Shown here: in pieces, positions 11,318 through 23,389 of the stretch | Numbering within the stretch: position 1 is the first letter of the stretch | Layout: every line of letters starts with the position of its first letter | From: Octopus sinensis | Taxonomy: Eukaryota | Assembly (NCBI RefSeq): GCF_006345805.1 | Contig: NC_043000.1 | Span: forward strand, 62,310,001 to 62,374,000 | Direction: 5' to 3' | DNA length: 64,000 nt | Program-made: the position numbers and the translations under genes | Notes under the pieces: generated by a model | Told to the model about the DNA's origin: nothing | Databases searched by the model: none | What the model saw: the letters and a program-made list of their open reading frames with translations, nothing else

Positions 11318-11523
11318 AAGGCGGCGAGCTGGCAGAAACGTTAGCACGCCGGGCGAAATGCGTAGCCGTATTTCGTCTGCCGTTACGTTCTGAGTTCAAA
11401 TTCCGCCGAGGTCGACTTTGCCTTTCATCCTTTCGGGGTCGATAAACTAAGTACTGGGGTCGATCCAATCGACTGGCCCCCTCACCCAAAATTTGAGGCC
11501 TTGTGCCTAGAGTAGAAAAGAAT
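11318..11523 (+). mobile_element. tRNA-derived SINE family A (AAGGCGRCGAGCTGGCAGAAACGTTAGC head)
   Basis: A-box-like TGGCAGAAACGTTAG and B-box GTTCAAATTCC. Related copies at 52241-52474, 57230-57400, 59425-59595 and 62955-63170 (+), and at 38440-38648, 41555-41708, 52170-52600, 55090-55235 and 56850-57175 (-). Confidence 0.85.
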
Positions 11524-12212
11524 TTCTGCACTCATTTTACTGATGTTTCAGTTAAAACAGTCACATTGTGATCTTTATCAATTTCAAGCTTGTCTTTCAA
11601 ACAATGTTTCTTAATGGATTGACGTACCCGCTGTTCTTATCGTTTTTAATTGCTGGAGCAACTACATTTTTGTCGCTTTCATAAAAAATAATAATGACGT
11701 TTGATCGGGTGCATTTGCTGATGAAATACAGAGATGCGTTTCCCAAATCTTTAAATAAATAGCAACAAAATTTTCTATCAGTTTTCAAAAAAAAAAAAAA
11801 TTAAATAAATGAAATAAACTTTTGTTAGTGCAGACTCATAATGATTGTTAACCACAAACACCGGTTAAAAATCTTCACATTTAACATATAAAAGAATCTT
11901 ACGTCAATCAAACGCAAACATAGCGTAAATTACAGTTTCTCTTCGATTTATTCTTTTTTCAAACAAAATATTCGTTTGACTTTTAAAACACTCTTATTTC
12001 ACAAATTACTGCGTATGTTTTTAAGTCCAAAATTTTTTATGAAGGATAATTTTATTATAGGTTTCATCTATTAGGAATAGCGATACGTAGAGTAAGACTA
12101 GTTATAAAAGGATTTTGCAAGTTTTGATTATATCGTATAATCTTCATAACCATACCATATTTGCATAGGCATCCAAGATTAATAACTAGGCTATTATAGT
12201 ATAATCAGTAGT

Positions 12213-12221
12213 AGTGATGAC

Positions 12222-12265
<44 letters not shown>

Positions 12266-12342
12266 TAATAATAATAATAACAATAATAATAATAACAATA
12301 ATAATAATAATAATAATAGCAATAATAATAATAATAGTAGTA

Positions 12343-12384
<42 letters not shown>

Positions 12385-12387
12385 TTT

Positions 12388-12390
<3 letters not shown>
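12213..12390. repeat. (TAA)n microsatellite
   Basis: Directly visible. Other (TAA)n tracts lie near 12557, 26507, 29330, 33798, 38385, 38652, 40270 and 41423. Confidence 0.95.
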
Positions 12391-12424
<34 letters not shown>

Positions 12425-12429
12425 AGTAT

Positions 12430-12560
12430 TAGACATTCACTAGTACAAAAAAAAACCCCAAATATATGGCACAGAGCTTCCAACCTGTTGTCTCTTGAGG
12501 TCTCTGGGTGAGACTTGGAGCCAACTTGTACAGACATAAAGCAAAAGTCAAACATAGAAT
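12430..12560 (+). mobile_element. Probable 3'-end remnant of a non-LTR element embedded in (TAA)n
   Basis: GC-richer 130-bp island (GAGGTCTCTGGGTGAGACTTGGAGCCAACTTGTAC) between TAA tracts and ending in an A-rich/TAA tail, like the R4/Dong-type 3' ends at 38-41 kb. Family not verified. Confidence 0.35.
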
Positions 12561-12766
12561 AATAATAATAATAATAATAATAATATTAATAGTTGTATTA
12601 GTATTACCATTATTATTGCAATAGAGCATAAATGATGTGTGAAAGTGATGACAGGATTTCCAGCAGATACTTTTACAGCGGCTACTAGCAAATTGAATGT
12701 TTCGTATTAAAAATGGGTGACTTGGTTAGCACTCATTTACAATTTCGTGCATCGCTACACACTTTT

Positions 12767-12865
<99 letters not shown>

Positions 12866-13154
12866 CACACACAGGGAGATTCAGACGTCTCATTGGTATT
12901 CATTATGTACATTATTTATATCCATATATATTATTGCAATTTCTTTTACACTTCATATGCTTCTAATTCTATCTGCATTATTTTTATTATGAATGTCTTT
13001 TGATATGTATAAATTGCCTTATATATTCAGGAAAAAGTATTTATGAAAATACGAAGGAGCACTCGTTATTAAGAAATAACATTCCATGTAGGTGTATGTA
13101 GACATGTGTGTATTTCTGTGTGTGTCTACGTGTGTATAGGTAAATATATATATC

Positions 13155-13156
<2 letters not shown>

Positions 13157-13186
<30 letters not shown>

Positions 13187-13255
13187 TGTATGTATGTATG
13201 TATGTATGTATGTATGTATGTATGTATGTATGTATGTATGTATGTACGTATGTAT
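13157..13255. repeat. (TATG)n microsatellite
   Basis: Directly visible. Similar TATG/CATA tracts lie near 21248, 33103, 33463, 42375, 42790, 43205, 44497 and 45170-45650. Confidence 0.95.
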
Positions 13256-13670
13256 GTTACATTTATCAATTCGTTTTGCATGATTCCTGATGTGAAATCG
13301 TGTGTTGAAACAGATATTGTTGTATTTCGGGATGGTCATTTTGTTTATCCTTTTAATGCCAAATAAACATATATTCTTTTTCTTCACTCGTTTATTACTC
13401 TTCTTATCTTTATTATTTTAACTTTTGTCTGTTGTTCGTATGACACACACACAAGCATACACACATACACACACATGCGCGCGCATATACACACGCACGT
13501 GCAAACAAGGATACAAACGCATGCGCACATAAGGATACACATCTTAGAAGAACAGAATGAAGTAAGTGGAGCAAGAACACTCACGGAAACGAAAAGAGTC
13601 GCTGAAGAGTGAAGAAAAGAAAAAAATATATAGTGCGTGTCTTTATTTGGTAAAAAATAAATAGATAAAT

Positions 13671-14700
13671 AAAATGACCATCCCGAAATACAACAAGATA
13701 TATATGTATGTATAAAGAGAGGAGTCCAGTATAATCCATGGGCAGGAGAGGTGCAGCTGAAGTGTACGAGAGTAGAAAGTCCAGGTAAAGAATCCATAAA
13801 AGTTCGTTGGGTGATGAGAGAAGACAGGATCAACAGGATTAATCTTCTCTCTTCGCTCCTTTTGCCCCACATGGCTCAACTCTTCTCCCCTCTTCATGTA
13901 ACCTCCTCCCGTTGCCTCTCCCCCCTCAGACCTACTTCCTCCCACCCGCCTCTCTGTTGCTCCGACTTCTACTTCTTCTCTTCACTCCTACTCTCCTTCT
14001 CTCTTCTCTTCACTCCTACCCACCTTCTCCTTCCCCCTTCACCGTAACCCTCACTCGTAACCCCACGCCACCCCTACACATTCCAACCCCACCTGCCCTA
14101 TCCTTCCCTACCACCCCATCCTATCCCTTACACCTATTCCCACATACCCCACCCTCTGCGTACCCACATACCCCCACCCTCAGCCTAACCCACACCCCAC
14201 CATTGCTTTCCCCACTCTCGCCTCCAACACCTCCCAAGACCATCACACCACACCATACACCACTACACCGTACACCACCATACCACACAACACATCATAT
14301 CAAACCAACACGCACACAGTAGCACTCCACATCTCCACATCTTCACACCTACACATACACACACGCACACGTCAAGGTCACCACCCATCTTCCACACGCA
14401 CATACATACTCTCTTATAGACACGCACGCGCACCTTCGTTTTTGGATCACCACTGCTTTATTATCTCTTCTTCCTAGCTCTACTGTGTGACCATTCTGTC
14501 CGGCATTCACCATGATAGATCGCTAGCCACTACACCTTTATTTTCTGTCCTTGTTTCTTTTTGTGTTCCTTTCTTTGGAAGAGCGTAGGCTCGAAACGTT
14601 AAAGACTTTTTCACTTCCCGAGCGTTAAACTAATACGTTTGTTGACTACACCACCTGTCTTCGTCTTTTTTTTTTTTTGTGAATTCTCCCGCTACATATA
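13671..14700 (+). mobile_element. Probable PLE 3'-region remnant with C/A-rich low-complexity tract and a degenerate hammerhead-like motif at about 14572-14606
   Basis: The C/A-rich tract resembles the 3' UTR of the PLE at 49100-49450. TCTTT-GGAAGA-GCGTAGGCTC-GAAACGTT-AAAGA has a 5-bp stem I but a damaged core. Ends next to TA. Confidence 0.4.
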
Positions 14701-15876
14701 AATGGTTTTGGATTCTTTCCAGTGTCTAAAACTATTTTCCGTACGCATACGTGTTAAACTGTCTGTTTGATTGCTTATCTGTGAGTACGTTAGTTTGGTG
14801 AGGGTTTTAATTTTAAACGTTCAGTGTTATCTGCTCATGTATTTATCTATCCTCCCTTAATTAATATTTAAATAAATGATTATATCAAGTAGGTGTTTCA
14901 TATTTAATACTAATACTAGTAATCTTACTGAAGGGAAACATCATTACGGAAACAACTCTTACTGATGTATTCATATTTTAATGTTCGATTATATAAAGAT
15001 TCAAGCAAAATCTTGTCTGTAGATTAATTTGCATTAAAACTTCCTGGAGTTTAATGGTTTATTCATCGTCTTTACATACCAAACGTTATGACAGGAATTC
15101 TGAAACGCACTTTCTGTTCCTTAGACAAGTATGTAAAAGTTATTCTGAATGACTTGTTAAAGCGTGAGATTTGTTTACTGTTTCCTGTAAGATTTCCAAG
15201 ATAACATCATAACAATGTTTTCTCCAATTTAAGATTGTTTATACAACATGTATTTTAATTTGAATTAAACTTATTTGAAAATCTTTTTCAATTAAATACA
15301 AGTCATTTTCCTAAATTAACAAATATTTTCATCAAAGTTCTCGAGAGTAGAAATTTAATATAATCAATATAAACATAATTGAAAATGCTTTTAGTTAAAA
15401 ATCAAATATATAAATAAAGAAATTTAAATTTCAAAGCAATATTCAATTTTTCTTTCTATGTGAATGACGTTGTCCAACTGGTTAAGACATAGATTGAAAA
15501 CGTATTTGCTCAGTTTAGCATGCTATCACGTTTCCATTCGAATAATAACATAACGTAACATTAATGGACACTAAATAAGTTTGGCAAATAACATACCCTA
15601 TCGATTACATATCCTGATTATACAATAATAAACCATTTCACCAATACACACATAGATACATACCACCATAATTGTACGTATGTTGAGTATATAGGTGTAT
15701 GTATATGTAGGAATATATGCGTGTGTATGTATGTATATGTATACACACACACACATATATATATATATATTATATATATATACATATATATATATATGTA
15801 TGTATATGTATATATGTATATACACCACATAAATCTGTGTGTGAGCGTGGAAATTAGATTTGCACATATGTATGTG

Positions 15877-15917
<41 letters not shown>

Positions 15918-16643
15918 CATACATACATAATACATGTTTGTATTACGTTGGTTTGTGTGTTTTGTAATAATTTTGTCTGAGTAGAGGAAGCGGCGCCTAT
16001 GAGCTTTGCACACAAAGACACACGCAGACACCCATTCCCAGATGGACACACACACACAGAGAATGGCCACCGCCGCTAACAGATGATGTTAGCGAAATTT
16101 AATTTCAATTTGATCTTCCCTAAAAGGCGATGGGACAGTGGTTCAGTGTTGAAACTATTTTCGAGATTGAAACTGACTATCACATATATACATAAACTTG
16201 GAAATTTACCTTTAGCAGAAGAAAAACTACAAATAAAACAGATACTAACTTAAAGTAGTGAGTCAAAAACTTTTAATTCAAATTACACCTATAGAGCGGG
16301 AAAATTCATTAATTTAACGAATTATTCTAATGAAAACAAATAGAGGAATCAACTAAGATATATTTAGTAGTTATATTAAATAAAAATATAAAATGGTGGC
16401 AATGTGATAGAAGGAGGCTAACTGTTGCTTTGTACAGAAAGCTGATGACGTTTAGGTTTCATTAGACCACATTCACAAGGATGTATAGTGACTAACAGGA
16501 CTGTCATACACAGATTAGCTGCCATTTGCCTATTTATTTATTTATCGGGTTGATCCTGAAGAATTGATTGTGTTGATGGCCGTCGCAGGTTGTTAACATT
16601 TCTCTAACACAAACACACCCTGGGGAGATACATACATACAGAT

Positions 16644-16705
<62 letters not shown>

Positions 16706-16718
16706 ATATATATGTATG

Positions 16719-16759
<41 letters not shown>

Positions 16760-16794
16760 CTATGTTTATATACATATATGCATATACACGTGCA

Positions 16795-16846
<52 letters not shown>

Positions 16847-16850
16847 AATA

Positions 16851-17344
16851 TGGCAAATGAAGGACGAAGGATGGAATATACGAGAATTTATCCTTAATCA
16901 CGACAATTGTTACGACAAATCTAGCGTCGATTCCTTTTGGGTGGGACACTCAACAAGTGGTTTAGGAGCATCCAGTGACAAAAATGTATCTCGTCGGGTG
17001 ATAAATAGATACAACTCGTTAAAATGACTGTTGCACAATGTAATTTGCCGTTTTATAGACAGAAATAAGCAGCCAGACGATTTTATTTTTGATCTATATA
17101 AATGAAGATATTTCTTCCGTCTGGCTGCTTTTCTTTCTACAAAACGGAAAGTTACATTGCGGAACAGTCATTTTAACGAGTTGTATTTATTTATCACCCG
17201 GCGAGATACATCTGCACCACCGGATGCTCCTGAACCAGTTGTTGAGTGTTCCACCCAAGAGGAATCGATGCTAGATTAGTCGTAACAATTGCCGTGATTA
17301 AGGATAAATTCTCGTATATTTCATCTTCCGACTTTTAGTTGCCA
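16851..17344. mobile_element. Fold-back MITE (494 bp) with about 228-bp inverted arms
   Basis: 16851-17079 is the reverse complement of 17118-17344 (roughly 85% identity by eye), with a 38-nt spacer. Termini are TA|TGGCAA...TTGCCA|TA. Confidence 0.85.
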
Positions 17345-17421
17345 TATACCTAACGATTACTGGGAAGTTCACTGTGCTTTAACTGTAATCTCCCAGGTGT
17401 AAACTATTCGTTTTATTATCC

Positions 17422-17491
<70 letters not shown>

Positions 17492-17688
17492 ATATATATG
17501 GATTTATGGATTTATGCATTTACTCAAGTCATTTACTCAAAGCTACAGTAGAGTGCAGCTTATGATCAAAGATTAATCGGATGATTCTCTTTTGACGATA
17601 CTATGAAGAGTACCATTTACTTGAACTGGATGCTACAATCTGCTACAGCAAGCATTCAAGCTACTTACCACATAGCCACTCCTGCGCC

Positions 17689-17722
<34 letters not shown>

Positions 17723-18060
17723 TATATTTATATTTGACTAAACACACTTAACAGTATTATAAATTTTGACCGCTATTTAGTATTATTTAATTACTTTATT
17801 TTTGATTGCGTTGGTAACTAAACTTACGTAATTTACTTAATTATTATTCAATTACCTTTATTTATTTTTTTGTTTTGACAACCGAATTTATCCCAAGTTA
17901 TAATTATATGAATATATAAACATAAATATAAACCTTACACAATTCTCTCTCCTCTCACATCATACTAGCTTAAGGTTCATAATGAAACATAAACCATCTT
18001 TCAGAAATAATAAATCTAAATACGCCGTTAGGCCAATTTAACTTCCCTAGAAACGCTATC

Positions 18061-18381
18061 GTGGAGGCGCAATGGCCCAGTGGTTAGGCCAGCGGACTCG
18101 CAGTCGGAGGTTCGCGGTTTCGATCCCCAGACCGGGCGTTGTGTGTGTTTATTGAGCGAAAACACCTAAAAGCTCGATGCGGCTCCGGCAGGGGGTGGGG
18201 TGGCGACCCCTGTTGTACTCTTTCGCCACAACTTTCTCTCACTCTATCTTCCTGTTTCTTGAGTAACGCTGCGATGGACTGGTGTCCCATCCAGCTGGGG
18301 GGAAACACATACACCAGAGAAACCAGGGAACCGGGCCCATGAGTCTGGCTAGGCTTGAAAAGGGGGAAAAAAGAAAAAAAG
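18061..18381 (+). mobile_element. tRNA-derived SINE family C with V-domain-like core and 12-bp TSD
   Basis: A-box TGGCCCAGTGG, B-box GGTTTCGATCCC, central GCTGCGATGGACTGGTGTCCCATCCAG resembling the V-SINE domain, and an A-rich tail. TSD AGAAACGCTATC at 18049-18060 and 18382-18393. Confidence 0.85.
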
Positions 18382-18540
18382 AGAAACGCTATCTGGTTTG
18401 AAAAAATTTTCAAAATGTTACTAACCAATCGAATTTAACTGATCTAAAGGGATCTATATCACTTTTTCTTAGGGGTGAGGGATGGTAAAGGGTGTAAACA
18501 TATTTATGTGTGTGTATGTATGCGTATATGTGTTTATATG

Positions 18541-18591
<51 letters not shown>

Positions 18592-19144
18592 ACATATGTA
18601 TATAAGCATATATATATATATATATATCTGTGTGCGTGTGTATGTGCGTATATATATATATGTATATATATAATTTTTATGCGTACTTTTATGTATATGG
18701 ATGTGCATGTATATACACACGTATATATATGTGTGAGAGTGCGTGAATGTATTTATAAATGGAAAGGAATATGTCAACTTTGAACACTGACCCATGCCTT
18801 AATGCATGTCTATACATATGTATATATATATGTGTGTGTGTGTGTGCATATAGATATGCATATATATGATGATATCTTGTGTGTATATGATTATATATAT
18901 ATATATTATATATATATGTATGCGTGTAAATGCGTGTAACTAATTGTGAATGTGTGTGTGTGTGTATGCACATATTAGGTTGTTTCGCATGAAATGTATT
19001 TGAAAGGTAACAATAAAATGTTCCAAAAGTGATCCAAAAATGTTCAGAAATATATTACTTATTAAAGTAATGATTTGATGCTAAGATGGTCTTTTTCCAG
19101 TCGAGAAAGCAATAATGGGTACACTTTGAGGCGTCTGTGTTTTT

Positions 19145-19188
<44 letters not shown>

Positions 19189-20472
19189 TGTGGCTGTGTG
19201 GTAAGAAGCTTGCTTCCCAACCACATCGTTCCGTTGCTGCTACACGTGAAATTGGATAAAGTGTGCTTTGGAACTTGACGACGTCTCTATGCGTTTTAAG
19301 TTATAAGACATTAGATATGAAACAGAAATCTCTTTTTTGTCGACTTTTATATGTAAATAATGATAAAAAGAATATTTATTGTTCAAACACTTTTGACATG
19401 TAATTGTACTTACAGGTAGTAAACAATTTTAAAAGCCGCATGCTATACAGATTGAAACTTGAAGGATAATACTTAAGATTTAAAACGGATTAGTGAATAA
19501 AATATATATGTGCTGCTCGTATAAAGTTTGAAAAATGAAACGCTCGTGAAATGAACATCTCATAATTAACAGTCTATATAGTTATATACAAAGAGCCGGA
19601 AATGATTGAAGCAAATAATTCGAGAACAAAATGTCTTAAAAGTAAATTCGTTGTTTTCGTATCAATTAGACGTTTCGTAAAGAAAGATAAAAGAGAGGAA
19701 GAAAAAAAAGCTTCTGACGAATTTTTATTTAGTATAGTTATCGATTTGCATGACGGGATATGACACGCTTTGTACAGTGAGTCAAGTAGTTTCATTGAAA
19801 TGTACGTCCATAAACGCCGAGTAACTCTCAACGGAGCTTCTTGTTAATTTCATGCCTAAGTCCTCTTTGAAATGTCAAGACAGTTGAGGGCTGGGAGAAA
19901 GAAATGAGAATTGTTTGATGGCTGATTAACTTTGGAATGAAATGTCATTTTCTACTATAGCTTCTGGGGGTGTAGAAATGATATATATATATCGTAATGA
20001 GCTACGTAAATGTTTTATTTGGTTGCAGTGTTTTCACTCTCCGTTTAATTCCCACATTTTAAGTTTTCGAGTCACCGAATATGTTAATATGTAAACGAAG
20101 TGGATTATTGAGTTTATTGCAATATATATGATGTAAGTGGATGGGCTAAAGAACTATTTAAGTAATATATATGTATGTGTGTGTATGTATATATATATAT
20201 TTATATATATATATATGCATACATATATACATAGATATTTAATGATATGTAATTGTAAGATCCAAGGAGCAGGTGTAGGAAGTAAGTAAGCTTCGAGCAG
20301 TCATTATTATTTCTGAGGAATTCCGAGGATCTGCTAGCTAGGAGACATATGTAGCCTGTATATTACTTGCTCCATTTCCTCAACTTAGATATATATATAT
20401 ATGTGTGTGTACGTGTGTGTTTGCATGTGTGTGTTGTGTGTATTTGCGTTTCTGTGTGTATGTGTCAGTATG

Positions 20473-20511
<39 letters not shown>

Positions 20512-21341
20512 TCGTATGACAATATCTATAAGAATTTATGCCTGCATCTGTGTTTTTGCTTGTGCGTCTAAGATTGCTTGCGCAGTTTTTGCTTGATAAA
20601 TACTAGATCTACGTAGTCTCAAGCTGGCAATTATTACGCCATTAACTATCAACAAAATAAGGATAATTAAATCACTTAAATCTATTACGATCTAGTTGTT
20701 TTGTTATTTTCACTTATAAATTATCTACGTTATGGCATCTATAGAGTTATCTATGTGATAGCAATTATTTTGCAGATGGAATAATGCGTTAACACTATAT
20801 CTAGTAAACAATCAGTTTCTGACGTCTGTTGGTCTGCATGTGTGTTATCTAACTGATCACGTCGTATCGAAGGTCGCATGTATAACGTTGAAAATATCTA
20901 CGCATTTATTCTCATGAATTTTTTTTCTTTTTTGTTTGTATTTACATAAAAGCAAATCATTGTCAAGAAAGAAATGGAAATTAATGGATTAATGGCGTAT
21001 CAAGGTGAAATTATATATGGGTAATTATATACTTGTGTGACGATTTGTTGATTTCTGTGTCTATGTTTGTTCCCCCACCATGGCTTTACAAACGGTGTTT
21101 AAGTGTAAATGAATTTGTAAGCTAGTGGTTCAGCAAAAGGGACAATAGAATAGGTACTGGGGTCGGTGCATTCGACTAAAATTCTTCAAGGAATGCCCTA
21201 GCATAGCTGATGTCTAATGACTGAACAAGTAAAAGATGGCAGATGGATACATACATACATACATACATACATACATACATACATAGTGCATACATATATG
21301 CATACATATATAAATACATATATACATACGTACATACATAC

Positions 21342-21403
<62 letters not shown>

Positions 21404-21445
21404 GAATAAAAAATGGAGTTAGCGCAGGTGTAAACAAATATTTTT

Positions 21446-21531
21446 ACTTTCGACACATGTTTCGAAAATTCCACTGATACAATTCAAAAGAATAAATGGT
21501 ATAAACAATGCAATCTTCTCTTCGGGAAAGT
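21446..21531 (-). ncRNA. Type I hammerhead ribozyme (family B relative, U4C core)
   Basis: Minus strand: ACTTTC-CCGAAGA-GAAGATT...AATTTTC-GAAAC-ATGT-GTC-GAAAGT. Stem I is 6 bp, stem II is 7 bp closed by G-C, and the site is GUC. Confidence 0.75.
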
Positions 21532-21886
21532 GAAAAAACGAAACTCGTCAATACGACATTTTAGCAAAAAATGATGGATTTGTATAGCGATAGACAGAAC
21601 GCTATTAATATTGTTTAAAAAACGTTATATGATATAACGTCATAAGTAGCTAACAGAAAGAGTAGGGATATTAATAGTGAATGTTAAATATAAAGGAAAT
21701 TAAAGTTTAAATTATATATAATGATAGAGACTAAATATGCACTAAATATTCAACGTAAATACGAAGTTTCTACCTTTATAAACAAGGAGTTACAACATCT
21801 TTACTTGTGAGATTTTTGCTGCCCTGGTAACTATTTATTTATTTTTCCGTGTTAATTGTTAACAAGGTAAAATACACTCATCTATT

Positions 21887-21958
<72 letters not shown>

Positions 21959-21962
21959 TTAT

Positions 21963-23386
21963 ATAATTATAAAAATAAAACTTACTTGGAAAAGGATGCG
22001 TGGCGTTCGATCAATTAACATTATAAATAATATATAAATATATGCATATATACATATATGTACATACTTACATCTGTATGTATATATACAAGCATATATG
22101 GGTACAGGACATAAAAAAACGCTGAACACCTTGAGAAACGAAAACATAAAAACAAAAACATGGAAACGAACTTCTTTTCAAACAACGAAAAAACAGAGTA
22201 CAGACATACAACACAAGAAATATTCCCCTTCTTCAGTTGTCCCTGTTTCGTCTACTCCGCGTTCCGGAGGTATGGACAATCACGCAAAGGAGGGGTAAAA
22301 GTGGTAACAAGAACAAGACAGTAAAAACAGTAAAAGACAGAACAAAAAGAATAACACAGTAAAAGCAAACGATGAGGGTTGTTAAGTGAAGACGATGCAA
22401 AAATTATTCTGAATGCTTATGGAGACAGCTTATGAGAGAGACAGGATAAGCGGTCTGCTTTTGGTGAAGATAGTTGGAAGGATGGCTTCCCTCTGATCAC
22501 GTGTCAGTGACAAAAGAGTCGAGGAGGAGGAGGAGTAAGAGAGAGGGAACGGTGAAGTGAGAGGGAAAGGACGAAGAACAAGAAGGGAGAGAGATAGAGG
22601 AGAAGTTGTAAAGGTGAAGTGTGCGTATCATAATTATTAAGATAAAACTTACTTGGAATAAGATGCGTGGCGTTCGATCAATTAATGATATCAATAATAT
22701 ATAAATATATGCATATATATATACATACATATATGTACATACCTACATCTGTATGTATATATACATGCATATATGGGTACAGGACATAAAAAAAAACTTT
22801 GAACACCACAAGAAAAGAAAACATAAAAACAAAAACATGTCTCCTCTGTCTATCTCTCTCCTTCTCTTGTTCTTCATCCTTTCTGGTTTTCTCTCCCACC
22901 CTTCTCTATTCTTCTCCTCTCTCCTTCACCGTACCCTCTCTTTTCCTCCTCCTCCTCCTCAACTCTCTCGTTACTGACACGTGATCAGGGGGAAGCCATC
23001 TTTCCAACTGCCATCTTCACTAAGACCAGACCGCTTATCCTATCTCTGTCATAAGCTGTCTTCATAAGCGTTCAGAATAATTTTTCCATCGTCTTGGCTC
23101 AACAACCCTTATCATTTGTTTTTACTGTGTTATTCTCTTTGTTTTGTTTTTTTACTGCTTTTACTTTTATTGTTTTTACTGCCTTGTTTTGTTCTTACTG
23201 TCCTGTTCTTGTTACCACTTTTACCACTCCGCTAAAAAATCCCAAATTTTATTTAATTTGCTTTTCGGAATTGTCCTTACCTTTTAAATGCGGAGTAGAC
23301 GAAACAGAGGCAACTGAAGAAGGGAATATTCCTTGTGTTGTATGTTTTGTACCGTTTTTTTCGTTGTTTGAAAAAAAGTTTGTTTC
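21963..23386. repeat. Composite repeat A-B(-)-A-B(+) derived from a PLE-like 3' region
   Basis: A at 21963-22162 and about 22630-22839 (direct copies). B at 22163-22603 and 22840-23386 (inverted copies, roughly 75-80% identity). Confidence 0.8.
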
Positions 23387-23389
23387 TGC

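Noticed and set aside
11318-11420. tRNA genes at SINE heads
   Set aside because: A/B boxes are present, but there is no complete cloverleaf and they run into SINE bodies.
16000-16095. GC-rich patch with two CAGATG E-boxes and a 7-bp hairpin
   Set aside because: Such short motifs are expected by chance and no conservation evidence is available.
19574-19831. 85-aa ORF near a GCCGGAAAT ETS-like motif
   Set aside because: No homology recognised, and a single short motif is not evidence of a promoter.
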